A DNA stretch of 64,000 bases, taken from NCBI RefSeq assembly GCF_032444005.1, contig NC_091283.1, positions 178,808,001 through 178,872,000 on the forward strand, given 5' to 3'. The DNA is from Ranitomeya imitator (lineage: Eukaryota). The position numbers and the translations under genes are program-made. Below are positions 1-10,744 of this stretch, piece by piece; the stretch's first letter is position 1; each line of letters starts with the position of its first letter. Under the pieces are notes generated by a model. The model worked only from the letters and a program-made list of their open reading frames with translations. It searched no databases and was not told the DNA's origin.

Positions 1-21
1 CCGTCATCATCATCAGAGGAC

Positions 22-963
22 ATGGAATCTAGTCGAGCCTGTCTATCACTTGATAGGATTAACCGCTTGGTCAAAGCTGTCAACAACACCATGGGCATTG
101 AGGAGACCCAGGCGGAATGTTCCATTCAGGACATAATGTTTAAAGGCATAGATCGCAAATCCAAAAGAGTATTTCCGGTAGTTGATAAAGTTAAATCACT
201 GATTACGAGAGAATGGAAGAAACCCGAAAGGAAGGGGTCACTCCCACCAGCATTCAAAAGAAGATATCCCTTTGAGGAAGAGGCTTCTTCCTCCTGGGAC
301 AAGGTCCCGAAGCTGGATGCGGCGGTGGCCAAAGCTTGTAAAAAAACGTCTCTCCCATTTGAGGATCTGGGAAACCTAAAGGACCCGCTTGATAGGAAAG
401 CTGAGGTATTCCTTAAAGGAGCTTGGGAAACATCAGCAGGTTCCCTGAGACCGGCGATTGCGGCCACCTGCACTGCCCGGTCGTTGATGGTATGGTTGGG
501 TAATCTAGAAGACCAGCTCAAGGATAAGGTTCCTAGGTGCGAGATCCTATCATCTATGTCTATGATTCAGGATGCAGCAGCCTTCCTTTCGGATGCGTCA
601 GCCGATTCCGTTAGGCTAGCTGCAAGGTCATCAGCACTGTCTAATGCGGCCCGTAGAGCTCTTTGGATAAAATGCTGGCCAGGAGACTTACAGGCCAGAT
701 CGAAACTATGTGGCATCCCCTGTGAGGGGGTTCATTTGTTTGGCCCAGTCCTGGATGAGCTTCTAGAAAAAGCAGGTGACAATAAAAAGCGATTCCCTCT
801 TCTAACAAGACCCTTCTATAGACGAGACTACAACAGAGGAGGGCTGTATCGCCGAAGATCGGACAGAGATTCAAATAGAGATTCGACCAGATATAACTCT
901 TATAGAAGAAGAGGTAGAGGTTATATGTTTAACTCCTCTAGAGACTCTAAAAAGCCTCAATGA
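22..963 (+). CDS. DIRS ORF1 Gag-like protein (LAP2alpha-like domain); frame is open back to position 1, so the true start may be upstream
   Basis: 313-aa ORF containing VPKLDAAVA...LKDPLDRKAE, typical of vertebrate DIRS Gag, with a basic R/S-rich C-terminus. Confidence 0.8.
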   Translation: MESSRACLSLDRINRLVKAVNNTMGIEETQAECSIQDIMFKGIDRKSKRVFPVVDKVKSLITREWKKPERKGSLPPAFKRRYPFEEEASSSWDKVPKLDAAVAKACKKTSLPFEDLGNLKDPLDRKAEVFLKGAWETSAGSLRPAIAATCTARSLMVWLGNLEDQLKDKVPRCEILSSMSMIQDAAAFLSDASADSVRLAARSSALSNAARRALWIKCWPGDLQARSKLCGIPCEGVHLFGPVLDELLEKAGDNKKRFPLLTRPFYRRDYNRGGLYRRRSDRDSNRDSTRYNSYRRRGRGYMFNSSRDSKKPQ

Positions 964-975
964 CTGGCGGACCAG

Positions 976-2859
976 GTGGGCGGTAGGCTGTTGGCCTTCT
1001 ACCCAGCCTGGTTGAAAATCACCAATAGTCCATGGATACTCAGTATCATTAAAGAGGGGTTAAAGTTCCAATTCCACCATACCCCCCAGGACAAATTTAA
1101 ATTAACCCCTATCCGTTCTTCTCCCGCAGAACAATTGGCGTTGGAGTCAGAAGTTCGAGATCTCCAAAGAAAGGGGGTTCTCGTTAAAGTACCTACGAAG
1201 GAACAAGGTACGGGGTTTTACTCCCCTTTATTCCTGATAAAGAAGCCAGATGGATCATATCGTACCATCATCAATCTAAAGGGCTTGAATGTATTCCTGC
1301 GGGTCCCATCCTTTAAAATGGAATCTGTGAAGTCGGCAATAAAGCTTCTTTTTCACAATTGCTTCATGGTTGTCTTAGATCTGAAAGACGCCTATTACCA
1401 TGTCCCGATACATGCAACTCATCAGCGCTTTCTCAGGGTGGCGGTTTCTCTTGCCGGCACAGTAGAGCACTTTCAATATCGGGCACTCCCCTTTGGTGTT
1501 GCAGTCGCACCTCGGGTTTTCACTAAGATTATGGTAGAGGTTATGGCACACCTTCATGAGCAAAACGTACTAATAATTCCCTACCTGGATGATTTATTGA
1601 TTGTTGGGCGTTCAGAGTCACACTGTAAAGAGCAGTTGGAGAAAGTGATAGCAGCATTACACAACTTAGGATGGATTATCAATCTCAAAAAGTCGCGTCT
1701 TCAGCCCTCAACGTCACAGCAGTTTTTGGGTCTTACGGTGGATTCGGGTCAGCAGGAATGTCGCCTGCCAGACTCAAAAGTCGATTCTATTCGTCGGCTG
1801 GCCTCCAGAGCAATTAATAATCCCGTAGTCTCCTTAAGAAATGCTATGTCACTCTTAGGTTCACTTACTTCTTGTTTTCCGGCGGTGATGTGGGCACAGT
1901 TTCACTCCAGGTCTCTGCAATGGGATGTTCTGCATAATTTTCGGCGGCTGGGCGCTAACCTTGATAAAAAATTTTCCCTATCTGTAGACGCCACGGGTTC
2001 CCTAAGTTGGTGGACGCACATCCCTAATCTTCGTAGAGGTGTACCTTGGACAAATCAGATAACACGGGTGATAACAACTGATGCTAGCCCCACGGGTTGG
2101 GGGGCACACTGGGAAGACAATTACATTCAGGGTCTGTGGTCCCAATCGGAGCGAGACACGTCCTCCAATTTGAAGGAATTGATGGCGGTGGAACGCGCCT
2201 TAGATAGGTTCCTTATACCTCTGCAGGGTAGACATGTTAGACTACTCTCTGACAACCAGGTGACCGTTGCTTATGTGAACCACCAAGGAGGTACACGGTC
2301 TAGGTCATTAATGAACGTTACAAATCATATTTTTCAGATGGCCGAAAATCACCTGCTCTCCCTTACGGCCCTTCATATAAAGGGAAATCTAAATACCATG
2401 GCCGATTACTTAAGCCGCAACGAGCTCAAACAAGGGGACTGGTCTCTAAAACCGGCTGTCTTCAATCAGATCGTACGGTTGTGGGGATGTCCAGAGATAG
2501 ATCTGTTTGCCAGTCGAGGAAACAAGAAACTCCATCAATTCTGTTCCCTAGACCCAAGGGACAACCCGTACGCAGTCGACGCTCTTCTGATCCCCTGGAA
2601 TTTCAGTCTCGCCTACGCTTTCCCTCCTCTGAATCTCATTCCTATAGTTCTGAGGAAAATTCGGGAAGACGGAGCCCGAGTGATTTTAATAGCCCCGTTC
2701 TGGCCCAGAAGGTCATGGTTCCCATGGTTGAGAAGCATGTCCATTTCCCAGCCATGGATCCTCCCAGAAATACCGGACCTCCTTTCCCAGGGTCCAGTCT
2801 TGCATCCACGAGTAACCAACTTGCACCTGACAGCATGGAACTTGAGAGGTCACTTCTGA
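976..2859 (+). CDS. DIRS ORF2: reverse transcriptase, RNase H and Dam-like methyltransferase domain
   Basis: RT motifs LDLKDAYYHVPI, LPFG, YLDD. RNase H motifs TDAS, ELMAV, SDN. MT-like motifs IDLFAS and YAFPP. No ATG start (GTG at 976); same frame as ORF1 after one TGA. Confidence 0.93.
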   Translation: MGGRLLAFYPAWLKITNSPWILSIIKEGLKFQFHHTPQDKFKLTPIRSSPAEQLALESEVRDLQRKGVLVKVPTKEQGTGFYSPLFLIKKPDGSYRTIINLKGLNVFLRVPSFKMESVKSAIKLLFHNCFMVVLDLKDAYYHVPIHATHQRFLRVAVSLAGTVEHFQYRALPFGVAVAPRVFTKIMVEVMAHLHEQNVLIIPYLDDLLIVGRSESHCKEQLEKVIAALHNLGWIINLKKSRLQPSTSQQFLGLTVDSGQQECRLPDSKVDSIRRLASRAINNPVVSLRNAMSLLGSLTSCFPAVMWAQFHSRSLQWDVLHNFRRLGANLDKKFSLSVDATGSLSWWTHIPNLRRGVPWTNQITRVITTDASPTGWGAHWEDNYIQGLWSQSERDTSSNLKELMAVERALDRFLIPLQGRHVRLLSDNQVTVAYVNHQGGTRSRSLMNVTNHIFQMAENHLLSLTALHIKGNLNTMADYLSRNELKQGDWSLKPAVFNQIVRLWGCPEIDLFASRGNKKLHQFCSLDPRDNPYAVDALLIPWNFSLAYAFPPLNLIPIVLRKIREDGARVILIAPFWPRRSWFPWLRSMSISQPWILPEIPDLLSQGPVLHPRVTNLHLTAWNLRGHF

Positions 2860-3869
2860 AAGGAAAGGGATTCTCCCAAAATCTTGTAAATACTCTACTT
2901 AAAAGTAGGAAAGCCTCCACGACTAGCATTTATGTTAGGGTATGGAGGAAGTTCCTATCAAGTTCAGGAGCACAAATCAATCAAAAACCTGATATTGCTC
3001 AAATCCTAGAATTTTTACAGAAGGGCCTAGAGTTAGGCTTAGCCACCAGCACCCTTAGAGTTCAGGTTTCAGCTCTAGGGGCACTATATAATTCCAACAT
3101 AGCCAGTAATCACTGGATAACAAGGTTTTTCAAAGCGGTCACCAGATCCAGGCCGGTTGTTAAACAAAAGATAGTGCCATGGGATCTAAATCTTGTGCTC
3201 TCGGCTCTAACACAAGCTCCGTTCGAGCCTATTGACTCTGTTCCAATCAAGATCCTGTCGGTCAAAACAGCCCTCTTAGTTGCCCTTACATCGGCAAGAA
3301 GGGTTAGTGATCTTCAGGCATTATCCAGGCAACGTCCATATATGCAATTTTTGGAAGATAGAGTGGTGATGAGGCCTGACCCTCTTTATCTTCCAAAGGT
3401 TGCCTCAAAATTTCATAGATCCCAGGAGGTGATCCTACCTTCATTTTGTCCTAATCCCTCTAACAATAAGGAGCAGAGATTTCATTGTTTGGACGTACGT
3501 AGGTGCCTTCTCAAATACATTTCGGTAACCGACACCTGGAAAAAAGACCACGCTTTATTTTTATCCTACCAGGGGGTTAGGAAGGGACTTAGAGTATCAA
3601 AAAATACCCTAGCCAGATGGATTAGGGAGGCGATATCTCTTGCTTATACCGCAGGTGGCGTGGAAATTCCAGAAGGTATAAAGGCTCACTCCACTCGTGC
3701 GGTAGCCACATCCTGGGCTGAGAGAGCAGAAGTATCGATTGAGGACATCTGTAAGGCGGCCACATGGTCTTCTCCATCCACCTTTCTTAGACACTATAGA
3801 TTAGATCTAGGTGGCTCCTCCGACCTCACGTTTGGGAGAAGGGTGCTGGAAGCTATTATCCCCCCCTAG
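2481..3869 (+). CDS. DIRS ORF3 tyrosine recombinase (conserved region probably starts near ATG 2835)
   Basis: Catalytic R-H-x-x-R-W-Y set: TSARRVSDL, KAHSTRAVA, TWSSPSTFLRHY. Overlaps the ORF2 MT domain in another frame. Confidence 0.93.
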   Translation: MGMSRDRSVCQSRKQETPSILFPRPKGQPVRSRRSSDPLEFQSRLRFPSSESHSYSSEENSGRRSPSDFNSPVLAQKVMVPMVEKHVHFPAMDPPRNTGPPFPGSSLASTSNQLAPDSMELERSLLKGKGFSQNLVNTLLKSRKASTTSIYVRVWRKFLSSSGAQINQKPDIAQILEFLQKGLELGLATSTLRVQVSALGALYNSNIASNHWITRFFKAVTRSRPVVKQKIVPWDLNLVLSALTQAPFEPIDSVPIKILSVKTALLVALTSARRVSDLQALSRQRPYMQFLEDRVVMRPDPLYLPKVASKFHRSQEVILPSFCPNPSNNKEQRFHCLDVRRCLLKYISVTDTWKKDHALFLSYQGVRKGLRVSKNTLARWIREAISLAYTAGGVEIPEGIKAHSTRAVATSWAERAEVSIEDICKAATWSSPSTFLRHYRLDLGGSSDLTFGRRVLEAIIPP

Positions 3870-3892
3870 TCACTTTTTCACTTCTCTGAAAG

Positions 3893-4253
3893 TCTCTCGT
3901 TGTGCTGTCATGGCGACTGAATAAATACGTACGCTACTCACCTGGTAGCAGTGTTTTTTCAGGAGCCATGACAGCACCCTTATATTCCCTACCCTCTTTG
4001 TTTATGGGTTCAACACTTCCTTTAGAAAAATTCCTAAGTTTATTCACTGGGTGAATTGTACCATATATTAATATTGTTTATGTGCTACTAACCTAGAAGG
4101 TCCTTTCATACTCTGTAAACCAACTGGCGGGTGAGTGAGGTGCCGCCCTTTTATGTCTGAGGTTTCCTGTCCCTGAAGGGCGGATCCCCTCTCTCGTTGT
4201 GCTGTCATGGCTCCTGAAAAAACACTGCTACCAGGTGAGTAGCGTACGTATTT
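3893..4253. repeat. DIRS internal complementary region (ICR) and right terminal repeat
   Basis: 55-bp perfect inverted pair 3923-3977 / 4199-4253 and 22-bp direct pair TCTCTCGTTGTGCTGTCATGGC at 3893-3914 / 4190-4211. Confidence 0.9.
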
Positions 4254-5200
4254 CCTGGTCCTGAAGCAGCAAAACCGCTTCAGACCATCACACTACCACC
4301 ACCATATTTTACTGCTGCTATGATGTTCCCTTTCTGAAGTGCTGTGTAACTTCTGCGCCTACATACACCTTCAAAAAAGCTCAACTTTTGTCTCGTCAGT
4401 CCACAGAATATTCTCCCAAAAGTCTTGGGGATCATCAAGATGTTTTCTGGCAAATCTGAGACGAGCCTTTATGTTCTTATTGCTTAGCAGGGGTTTTCGT
4501 CTTGGAACTCTGCCATGCAGGCCATTTTAGCCCAGTCTCTTTCTAAGGCCGGGATCACACATGCGAGAAACACGTCCGTGTCTCGCATGTGAAATCCAAG
4601 CTCTGGCGCCGGCACTTGGGAGCGGAGCGTGCGGCTCCATGTGTTCCTATGCGGCCGCACGCTCCGCTCCCAAGTGCCGGCGCCAGAGTTTGGATTTCAC
4701 ATGCGAGACACGGACGTGTTTCTCGCATGTGTGATCCCGGCCTTATGGTGGAATCATGAACATTGACCTTAACTGAGGCACGTGAGGCCTGCATTTCTTT
4801 GGATATCGTTGTGGGGTCTTTTGTGACCTCTTGGATGAGATGTCGCTTCACTCTTGGAGTAACTTTGGATTGCCTACCTCTCCTGGGAAGGTTCACCACT
4901 GTTCCATGTTTTTGCCATTTGCGGATAATTGCTCTCACTGTGGTTCACTGGAGTCCAAAAGCTTGAGAAATGGCATTATGACCTTTTCCAGACTGATGGA
5001 TCTCAATTACTTTGTTTCTCATTTGTTCCAGAATTTCTTTGGGTCACGGCATGATGTCTAGCTTTTGAGAATTTTTGGTCCACTTCACATTGTCAGACAG
5101 GTCTTATTAAAGTGATTTTTGATTGAGAACAGGTGTGGCAGTAATCAGGCCTGGGTATGGCTGGGGAATTTGAACTCCGCTTCCCAAAGATGTGATAATT
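4254..5200 (-). mobile_element. Tc1/mariner remnant (transposase N-terminal HTH fragments)
   Basis: Minus-strand translation IIRKWQKHGTVVNLPRRGRQSKVTPR...EVTKDP. Colinear with the Tc1 copy at 22615-25100. Confidence 0.85.
4547..4742. mobile_element. Palindromic MITE, PIF/Harbinger type, inserted in Tc1
   Basis: Near-perfect 196-bp hairpin GGCCGGGATCACAC...GTGTGATCCCGGCC flanked by TAA/TTA. The Tc1 sequence resumes on both sides. Confidence 0.8.
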
Positions 5201-5263
5201 CACCTGGGGTAGCTGAGACCCCAGAGGACACGCTTCATGTGTGACACGCAGTCATGTGATCAC

Positions 5264-5759
5264 TAGGGTTGAGCGACCTTGACTTTTTTAGGGTCGAGCC
5301 GGGTTTCGCGAAACCCGACTATCTCAAAAGTCGAGTCGAGTGAAATCGGCCGNNNNNNNNNNNNNNNNNNNNNNNNNNNNNNNNNNNNNNNNNNNNNNNN
5401 NNNNNNNNNNNNNNNNNNNNNNNNNNNNNNNNNNNNNNNNNNNNNNNNNNNNNNNNNNNNNNNNNNNNNNNNNNNNNNNNNNNNNNNNNNNNNNNACACA
5501 GTGCAAATCGCTACAGCGCACAAGCGACAACATGGCGATAGGCGTCCACGCCCCTAAGACCTATGTCATCACTCTGCCCATGCCCCTTCATTGGCTGAAA
5601 AAAATGGCGCCAAGCGCGTCATACGAAACGCGACTTTGGCGCGAAAGTCGCGTACCGCATGGCCGACCCCACACAGGGATCGGGTCGGGTTTCATGAAAC
5701 CCGACTTTGCCAAAAGTCGGCGACTTTTGAAAATGAACGATCCGTTTCGCTCAACCCTA
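5264..5759. mobile_element. hAT-type MITE (spans an N gap)
   Basis: TIR TAGGGTTGAGCGA...TCGCTCAACCCTA with 8-bp TSD GTGATCAC (5256-5263, 5760-5767). Confidence 0.85.
5353..5495. other. Assembly gap (N run)
   Basis: Run of N. Further gaps at 17056-17186 and 33321-33559. Confidence 1.
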
Positions 5760-6152
5760 GTGATCACTGTTCACAATTTTACCCCATTGATTTTTTTCCA
5801 AATTTTCGTTAGCCCAGAAGTCCTACAATTGATCGCCCACCAAACAAACTTATATACCTGTCAATATATCTCCCAAAAATCCACTGCCTTTCATTCCTCA
5901 TTCCTGTTCCTGCATCCCCACAAAATCCCTGAAATAAAGAATTGGGGGGGCCTTACTCTGAATGTGGGATTGGTAAAAAAAAAAAAAAATAAATACACTC
6001 CACTCCTACTAGGCAACCATAGCTGCCCACAACACCCCTGTATTTGCAGCCATCATGTCCCGAGTCCGTTATGAAGCCCTAATGAGATTCCTACATGCCC
6101 ACCCCAAAAAAACTGACCCCAACTATGATTAGTTAAACAAATTGAGACCCCT

Positions 6153-6787
6153 TGTCATAGTCTGTATGGAAGTTCTTGTTTAGTGCTCCAGGGGTTAATG
6201 CTGTTGGCCTCTTACTGGGTGTGGGAGGGCTTTAAATAGCCTCTTTTGGGCTCTGTCCATTGTCCGTGATACTTTTGACCCCGGCTGAGTTCCTGATCCC
6301 CGTGTATCTGTGGATACTGTCTGCCTTTGTATGATTGCTTGTGTATGACCCGGTTCATTCCTGTTTCTGAGTTTGCTACCTGAATCTGTATTTTCTTAGT
6401 CTTTCTGTTTCGACCTCTGCTTGTCCCTAACCTTCCGCTTTTTTTCTCCCACCTGATACTTCGCTGCTATCTTTGGCTTTCTGACCCTGGATTGTTACTG
6501 ACCACGTCTCTGTCTGTCTCCTTCTGTACCTTGTCATCTCCTGGTTGACCCATGCCTGTCTGATATCCCCCTGGGCTTCCCTAGCCCGAGCTCCGGTCCC
6601 CGGAGCCCTGATGCTGGTCTCCGCCCCCTAACACTCCTCTTGCAGTCACGTGCTTCAGATGCTTCTTACCTGAAGCACGCTTCACCACCGCGGCCGCCTC
6701 GTTCCTCTGGAATCTTTGGGCACTGTTTGCCCAACTCAGGACATGCGCACTGACTCAGTAAGCAAGTGCAGTGCGTTGTCCTTGACA
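6153..6787. mobile_element. Solo LTR with 5-bp TSD
   Basis: TG...CA ends (TGTCATAG...CTTGACA) with TSD CCCCT at 6148-6152 and 6788-6792. Removing it restores the piggyBac frame KLRPLVSLL. Confidence 0.85.
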
Positions 6788-7657
6788 CCCCTGGTTTCCC
6801 TCCTACAAAATTAATTTCTAAATTCCTATACCCCAGAGCAAAATGTGGCAGTCGACGAGTCTGACGTCTGTCACTCAGCCAATTTGTCCCCTACAAGCGA
6901 GCCAAATACGGCATCAAACTGTATAAAACATGTAAGAGCTCATCAGGGTACACTTCCACCTTCCTAATTTATGAAGGTAGGGACTGCCAAATTAACCCCC
7001 CAAACCGCCCCCAGACAACTGGCATCCCAGACAAAATTATCTAGCTAATGACGTCCTTTCTCCATCAAGGGTACCACATGTATACTGACAACTACTACAC
7101 GAGCATCCCCCTATGCAAATCCCTCCACGCTGCAAATACAGGGGCCTGAGGGACAGTTAGGAAAAGCCGAGTGGGGTTTCCGTCACATTTGGTGTCCAGA
7201 CGTTTGGAGAAGGGGGCGTCATTCTCCTTCGCAATTGACCAACTTCTTGCAGTGAAGATAGGAGGGATGTCTGCCTGCTGACCACACCACATGCGGACAC
7301 CACTGTGACGGTCAGAGACGGGTGCCACCAGGGACAAATGGAAACTAATCTGTATCACAGATTCTAACAAATTTATGGGTGGCGTTGATCTGTCAGACCA
7401 GGTTCAACAACCATAGCTGGTGAATCGGAAGACCAGGGCCTGGTACAAAAAAGTGGCAATCTACCCCATCCAAATTGCTACATACAAAAGTTTTGTCTTG
7501 TACAAAAAATCCCAAGAACCGCTCACTTTCCTCCAGTCCCAGGAACAAATTGTTGAGCATCTCATATTTGAGTCAAGGACACGGGGGAAGCCTTCGAGTC
7601 TGAGGATGTCCGGAGACTTGCAGAGCGCCATTTTCCTTGCCCTGTCCCTGTCACTCC

Positions 7658-8517
7658 TGTTATGAACTGGTGATTCAGAACCACAATGGACCTGGTGGTT
7701 AAGAGCACACAAAGTGACCTGATAGCTACTAATAACATAGGACGAGCTCTGAGACGTGGGAACTCTGCTGACCGCAATCCCTAATCCTATCATACCACAC
7801 TAGAGGTAGCCGTGGAGCGCTCCTGACCAGACCTAGGCGCCTCGGGCACAGCCTGAGAAACTAGCTAGCCCTGAAGATAGAAAAATAAGCCTACCTTGCC
7901 TCAGAGAAATTCCCCAAAGGAAAAGGCAGCCCCCCACATATAATGACAGTGAGTAAAGATGAAAATACAAACACAGAGATGAAATAGATTTTAGCAAAGT
8001 GAGGCCCGACTTACTGAATAGACCGAGGATAGGAAAGATAGCTTTGCGGTCAGCACAAAAACCTACAAACCACGCAGAGGGCGCAAAAAGACCCTCCGCA
8101 CCGACTAACGGTACGGAGGTGCTCCCTCTGCGTCTCAGAGCTTCCAGCAAGCAAGAAAAACCAATATAGCAAGCTGGACAGAAAATATAGCAAACAAAAG
8201 TAACACAAGCAAAACTTAGCTTATGCGGGGCAGACAGGCCACAAGAACGATCCAGGAGAGAGCAAGACCAATACTGGAACATTGACTGGAGGCCAGGAAC
8301 AAAGAACTAGGTGGAGTTAAATAGAGCAGCACCTAACGACTTAACCTCGTCACCTAACGACTTAACCTCGTCACCTAACGACTTAACCTCGTCACCTGAG
8401 GAAGGAAACTCAGAAGCCGCAGCCCCACTCACATCCACCAGAGGAAGCTCATAGACAGAACCAGCCGAAGTACCACTCATGACCACAGGAGGGAGCTTGA
8501 CCACAGAATTCACAACA
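7658..8517 (-). mobile_element. Solo LTR with 6-bp TSD
   Basis: Minus-strand ends TGTTGTGAATTCTG...TTCATAACA with TSD CACTCC at 7652-7657 and 8518-8523. Removing it restores the piggyBac frame PVPVTPTQKYPQK. Confidence 0.88.
8330..8397. repeat. 21-bp tandem repeat, 3 copies, inside LTR
   Basis: CACCTAACGACTTAACCTCGT repeated three times. Confidence 0.95.
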
Positions 8518-9749
8518 CACTCCCACCCAAAAGTATCCCCAAAAAGGATGCCAGGTTTGTAGGAAGCATGGTAGACGGAGTGATTCCCTGTACTATTGCC
8601 CCACAAGCCCATCCCAACCAGGCCTTTGTATCTCCCCCAGTTTTGAGACCTACCACACATCTTACAATTATTAGTTTGTTTTTTTCTTTCAATAATTTAT
8701 ATTTTCTGCTTAGTGGGCCCCAGTAGAGTAATTTTTATGGAACCAGTAGTGAAGAGAATATTTTCATCAGTAAATCCCATTTTACCCCATTTCACAATTC
8801 CAGGGCTTGATCAATCACATACCAAACTAGTACTCCAACAAATTTTAACCCACTTCTGTACACTCCCGAGTGTGGACCCCACAAATGTTCTTGAAAAGTC
8901 AGGTCATCTGAAAATAATTTCTGGGACTTGAATACTCACAAACATTTTCGACCATTTATCTAACTTTGACTGTTTTACGACTATGTCTTGCTGCACAAAA
9001 CTTTTGCTTTCATTTATATTATTTATATTTATGTTGGTGATACGGGCATGATCATTTTATTAGAGGATCTCTAATAATGAGGAAGTTCCATACTTATACA
9101 CTATGGGCTTTACCATATGGTTTTTCTTGCCAAACCTCTTGTACCAGATAATACTTTGCGGATTCTGTAGAGAACTGGTTGTTTTGTGCATATGGTGGTT
9201 CCTACCTTGGCATGTGGGAACTTGCTATGGTGTACCACGTCTATTGGCACATTTGTCTCTCATATAGTGATTGATGGAGCTAAACGGACATTGTATGACC
9301 AGTCTCTGAAAGTGTCTGCCATTCTAGCCCTGCTTGTGATCTTTCATGTTTGGAACAAACTCCGCTTTGCCACACAGTTGGCTGCATTTATCTGTACATT
9401 TTGCCCTTCATTACAACAGTTTATTCTTCCTGCGGCCATATACTCAAATGCGGGGCAACTGTTTAGTTAGCAAGACCAAGTTTTATAATCAGCCAATGTG
9501 TTTTTAGGAGCATGAGTAATTATTCCAGGAAGGATTTTCTTGTTTGCTCAATGTCTCTGTAAGCTTAGAGTGGGTCCTGGAACTTGTTCAATTTTACCCT
9601 AAAGCCCAAATGGTGTGCCATCTATTATTATAGGCAAAGCTGTGTGTTCAGAATTCACATTGGTGCCATATTGGATATACAGTTGTGCTCAAGTGTTTGC
9701 ATACCCCTGCAGAATTTTTGCTTTCTTGGCCTTTTTTCAGAGAATATGA

Positions 9750-9985
9750 ATGATTATTATTATTATTATTTATTATTATTATTATACATTTTTATAGCGC
9801 CATTTATTCCATGGCGCTTTACATGTGAATACGAGTCAAATATAGACAAATACATTAAACATGAGCAGATAACAGGCACACGGGTACATAAGGAGGGAGG
9901 ACCCTGCCCGCGAGGGCTCACAGTCTGCAGGGGATGGGTGATGAAACACTAGGAGAGGGTAGGGCAGGTTGCGCGGCGGTTCTGT
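9750..9985 (-). mobile_element. L2/CR1-group LINE 3' end with (TAA)n tail
   Basis: (TTA)n followed by ATAGCGCCATTTATTCCATGGCGCTTTACATGTG, the same 3' end seen at 26870-26905 and near 59860. Confidence 0.7.
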
Positions 9986-10744
9986 AACCATGGTACTCTA
10001 AACTCATGGAAAACTGCTGCGAATCCACAGCGGCCAATCCGCTGCAGATCCGCAGCAAAATCTGCAACGTGTGAACATAGCCTCAGTGTAAGGGCCTTCC
10101 TCCACATCTCATCATCCACTGCCACTAGATCACCAGGGTTAACGTGTTCCGTGCTGCTACAGCCAGTCAATTTTTTGGCAAGGGTGTCTATGATCCCCAT
10201 AAAAATTGTGTTTAAAAATGTACCCCCATGGTGAAATGGTTGTCAGCCCATACACTTAGTGTATGGGTATTACGAGTCTAGGAGACCCATTCCTTTGTAA
10301 TGGGACTTTTTTTTTTTCTATGAGGCCCTCCTCCATGTTTCTTCCAAAGGGGATTGGGGTGCGTGCAAATTTGGGTCAAGGCGGCTCTTGCATTCAATGC
10401 ATAAGAAAACAGTATGGCAGGACCAACTGAATAATGTGAAGTGGGCTTTCCTGTGGCCATCCAGTACCTGGGTGCATAGACTTATTGGGATGCATATGAC
10501 TTGAAAGCAGGGCAGGCCTTGCTTTCAATTCAACATTTTTTAAGGAAGCCCTCCTGTACCTCTCGTGAAAGGGGTATTGGGGTGCGTTGTAATTCTTGGC
10601 AGCCCAGTCACTCACTTCATAGGCAAAACCTTTTTCTCCACTCATGGTTAGTGGTTGGGTGAAGCCATTTATTGTCAAACTACTGTTTTTTCTCTTTTTA
10701 AATCTTAATGGCAACCAAAAACATCCAAATGACCCTGATCAAAA

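Larger units (their letters stand above)
1..4253 (+). mobile_element. DIRS1-type tyrosine-recombinase retrotransposon (5' end lies outside window)
   Basis: Gag-like, RT/RH/MT and overlapping YR ORFs in DIRS order. Internal complementary region at 3923-3977 is a perfect reverse complement of the terminus 4199-4253. The element ends in TTT, directly abutting Tc1 sequence. Confidence 0.95.
5768..8674 (+). pseudogene. piggyBac (PGBD4-like) transposase fossil interrupted by two solo LTRs
   Basis: Translated blocks FTPLIFFQIF, MSRVRYEALMRFLH, YTPEQNVAVDES, KRAKYGIKLY, MYTDNYYTS, MGGVDLSDQ, RKTRAWYKK and a C-terminal Cys-rich domain CQVCRKHG...YYCP...GLCI. Contains stops and frameshifts. Confidence 0.88.

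Noticed and set aside
126-3794. Antisense ORFs within the DIRS element
   Set aside because: They are short shadows of the sense ORFs with no recognisable motifs.
5279-5557. ORFs spanning N runs (also 16935-17288 and 33217-33609)
   Set aside because: They are open only because N translates as X.
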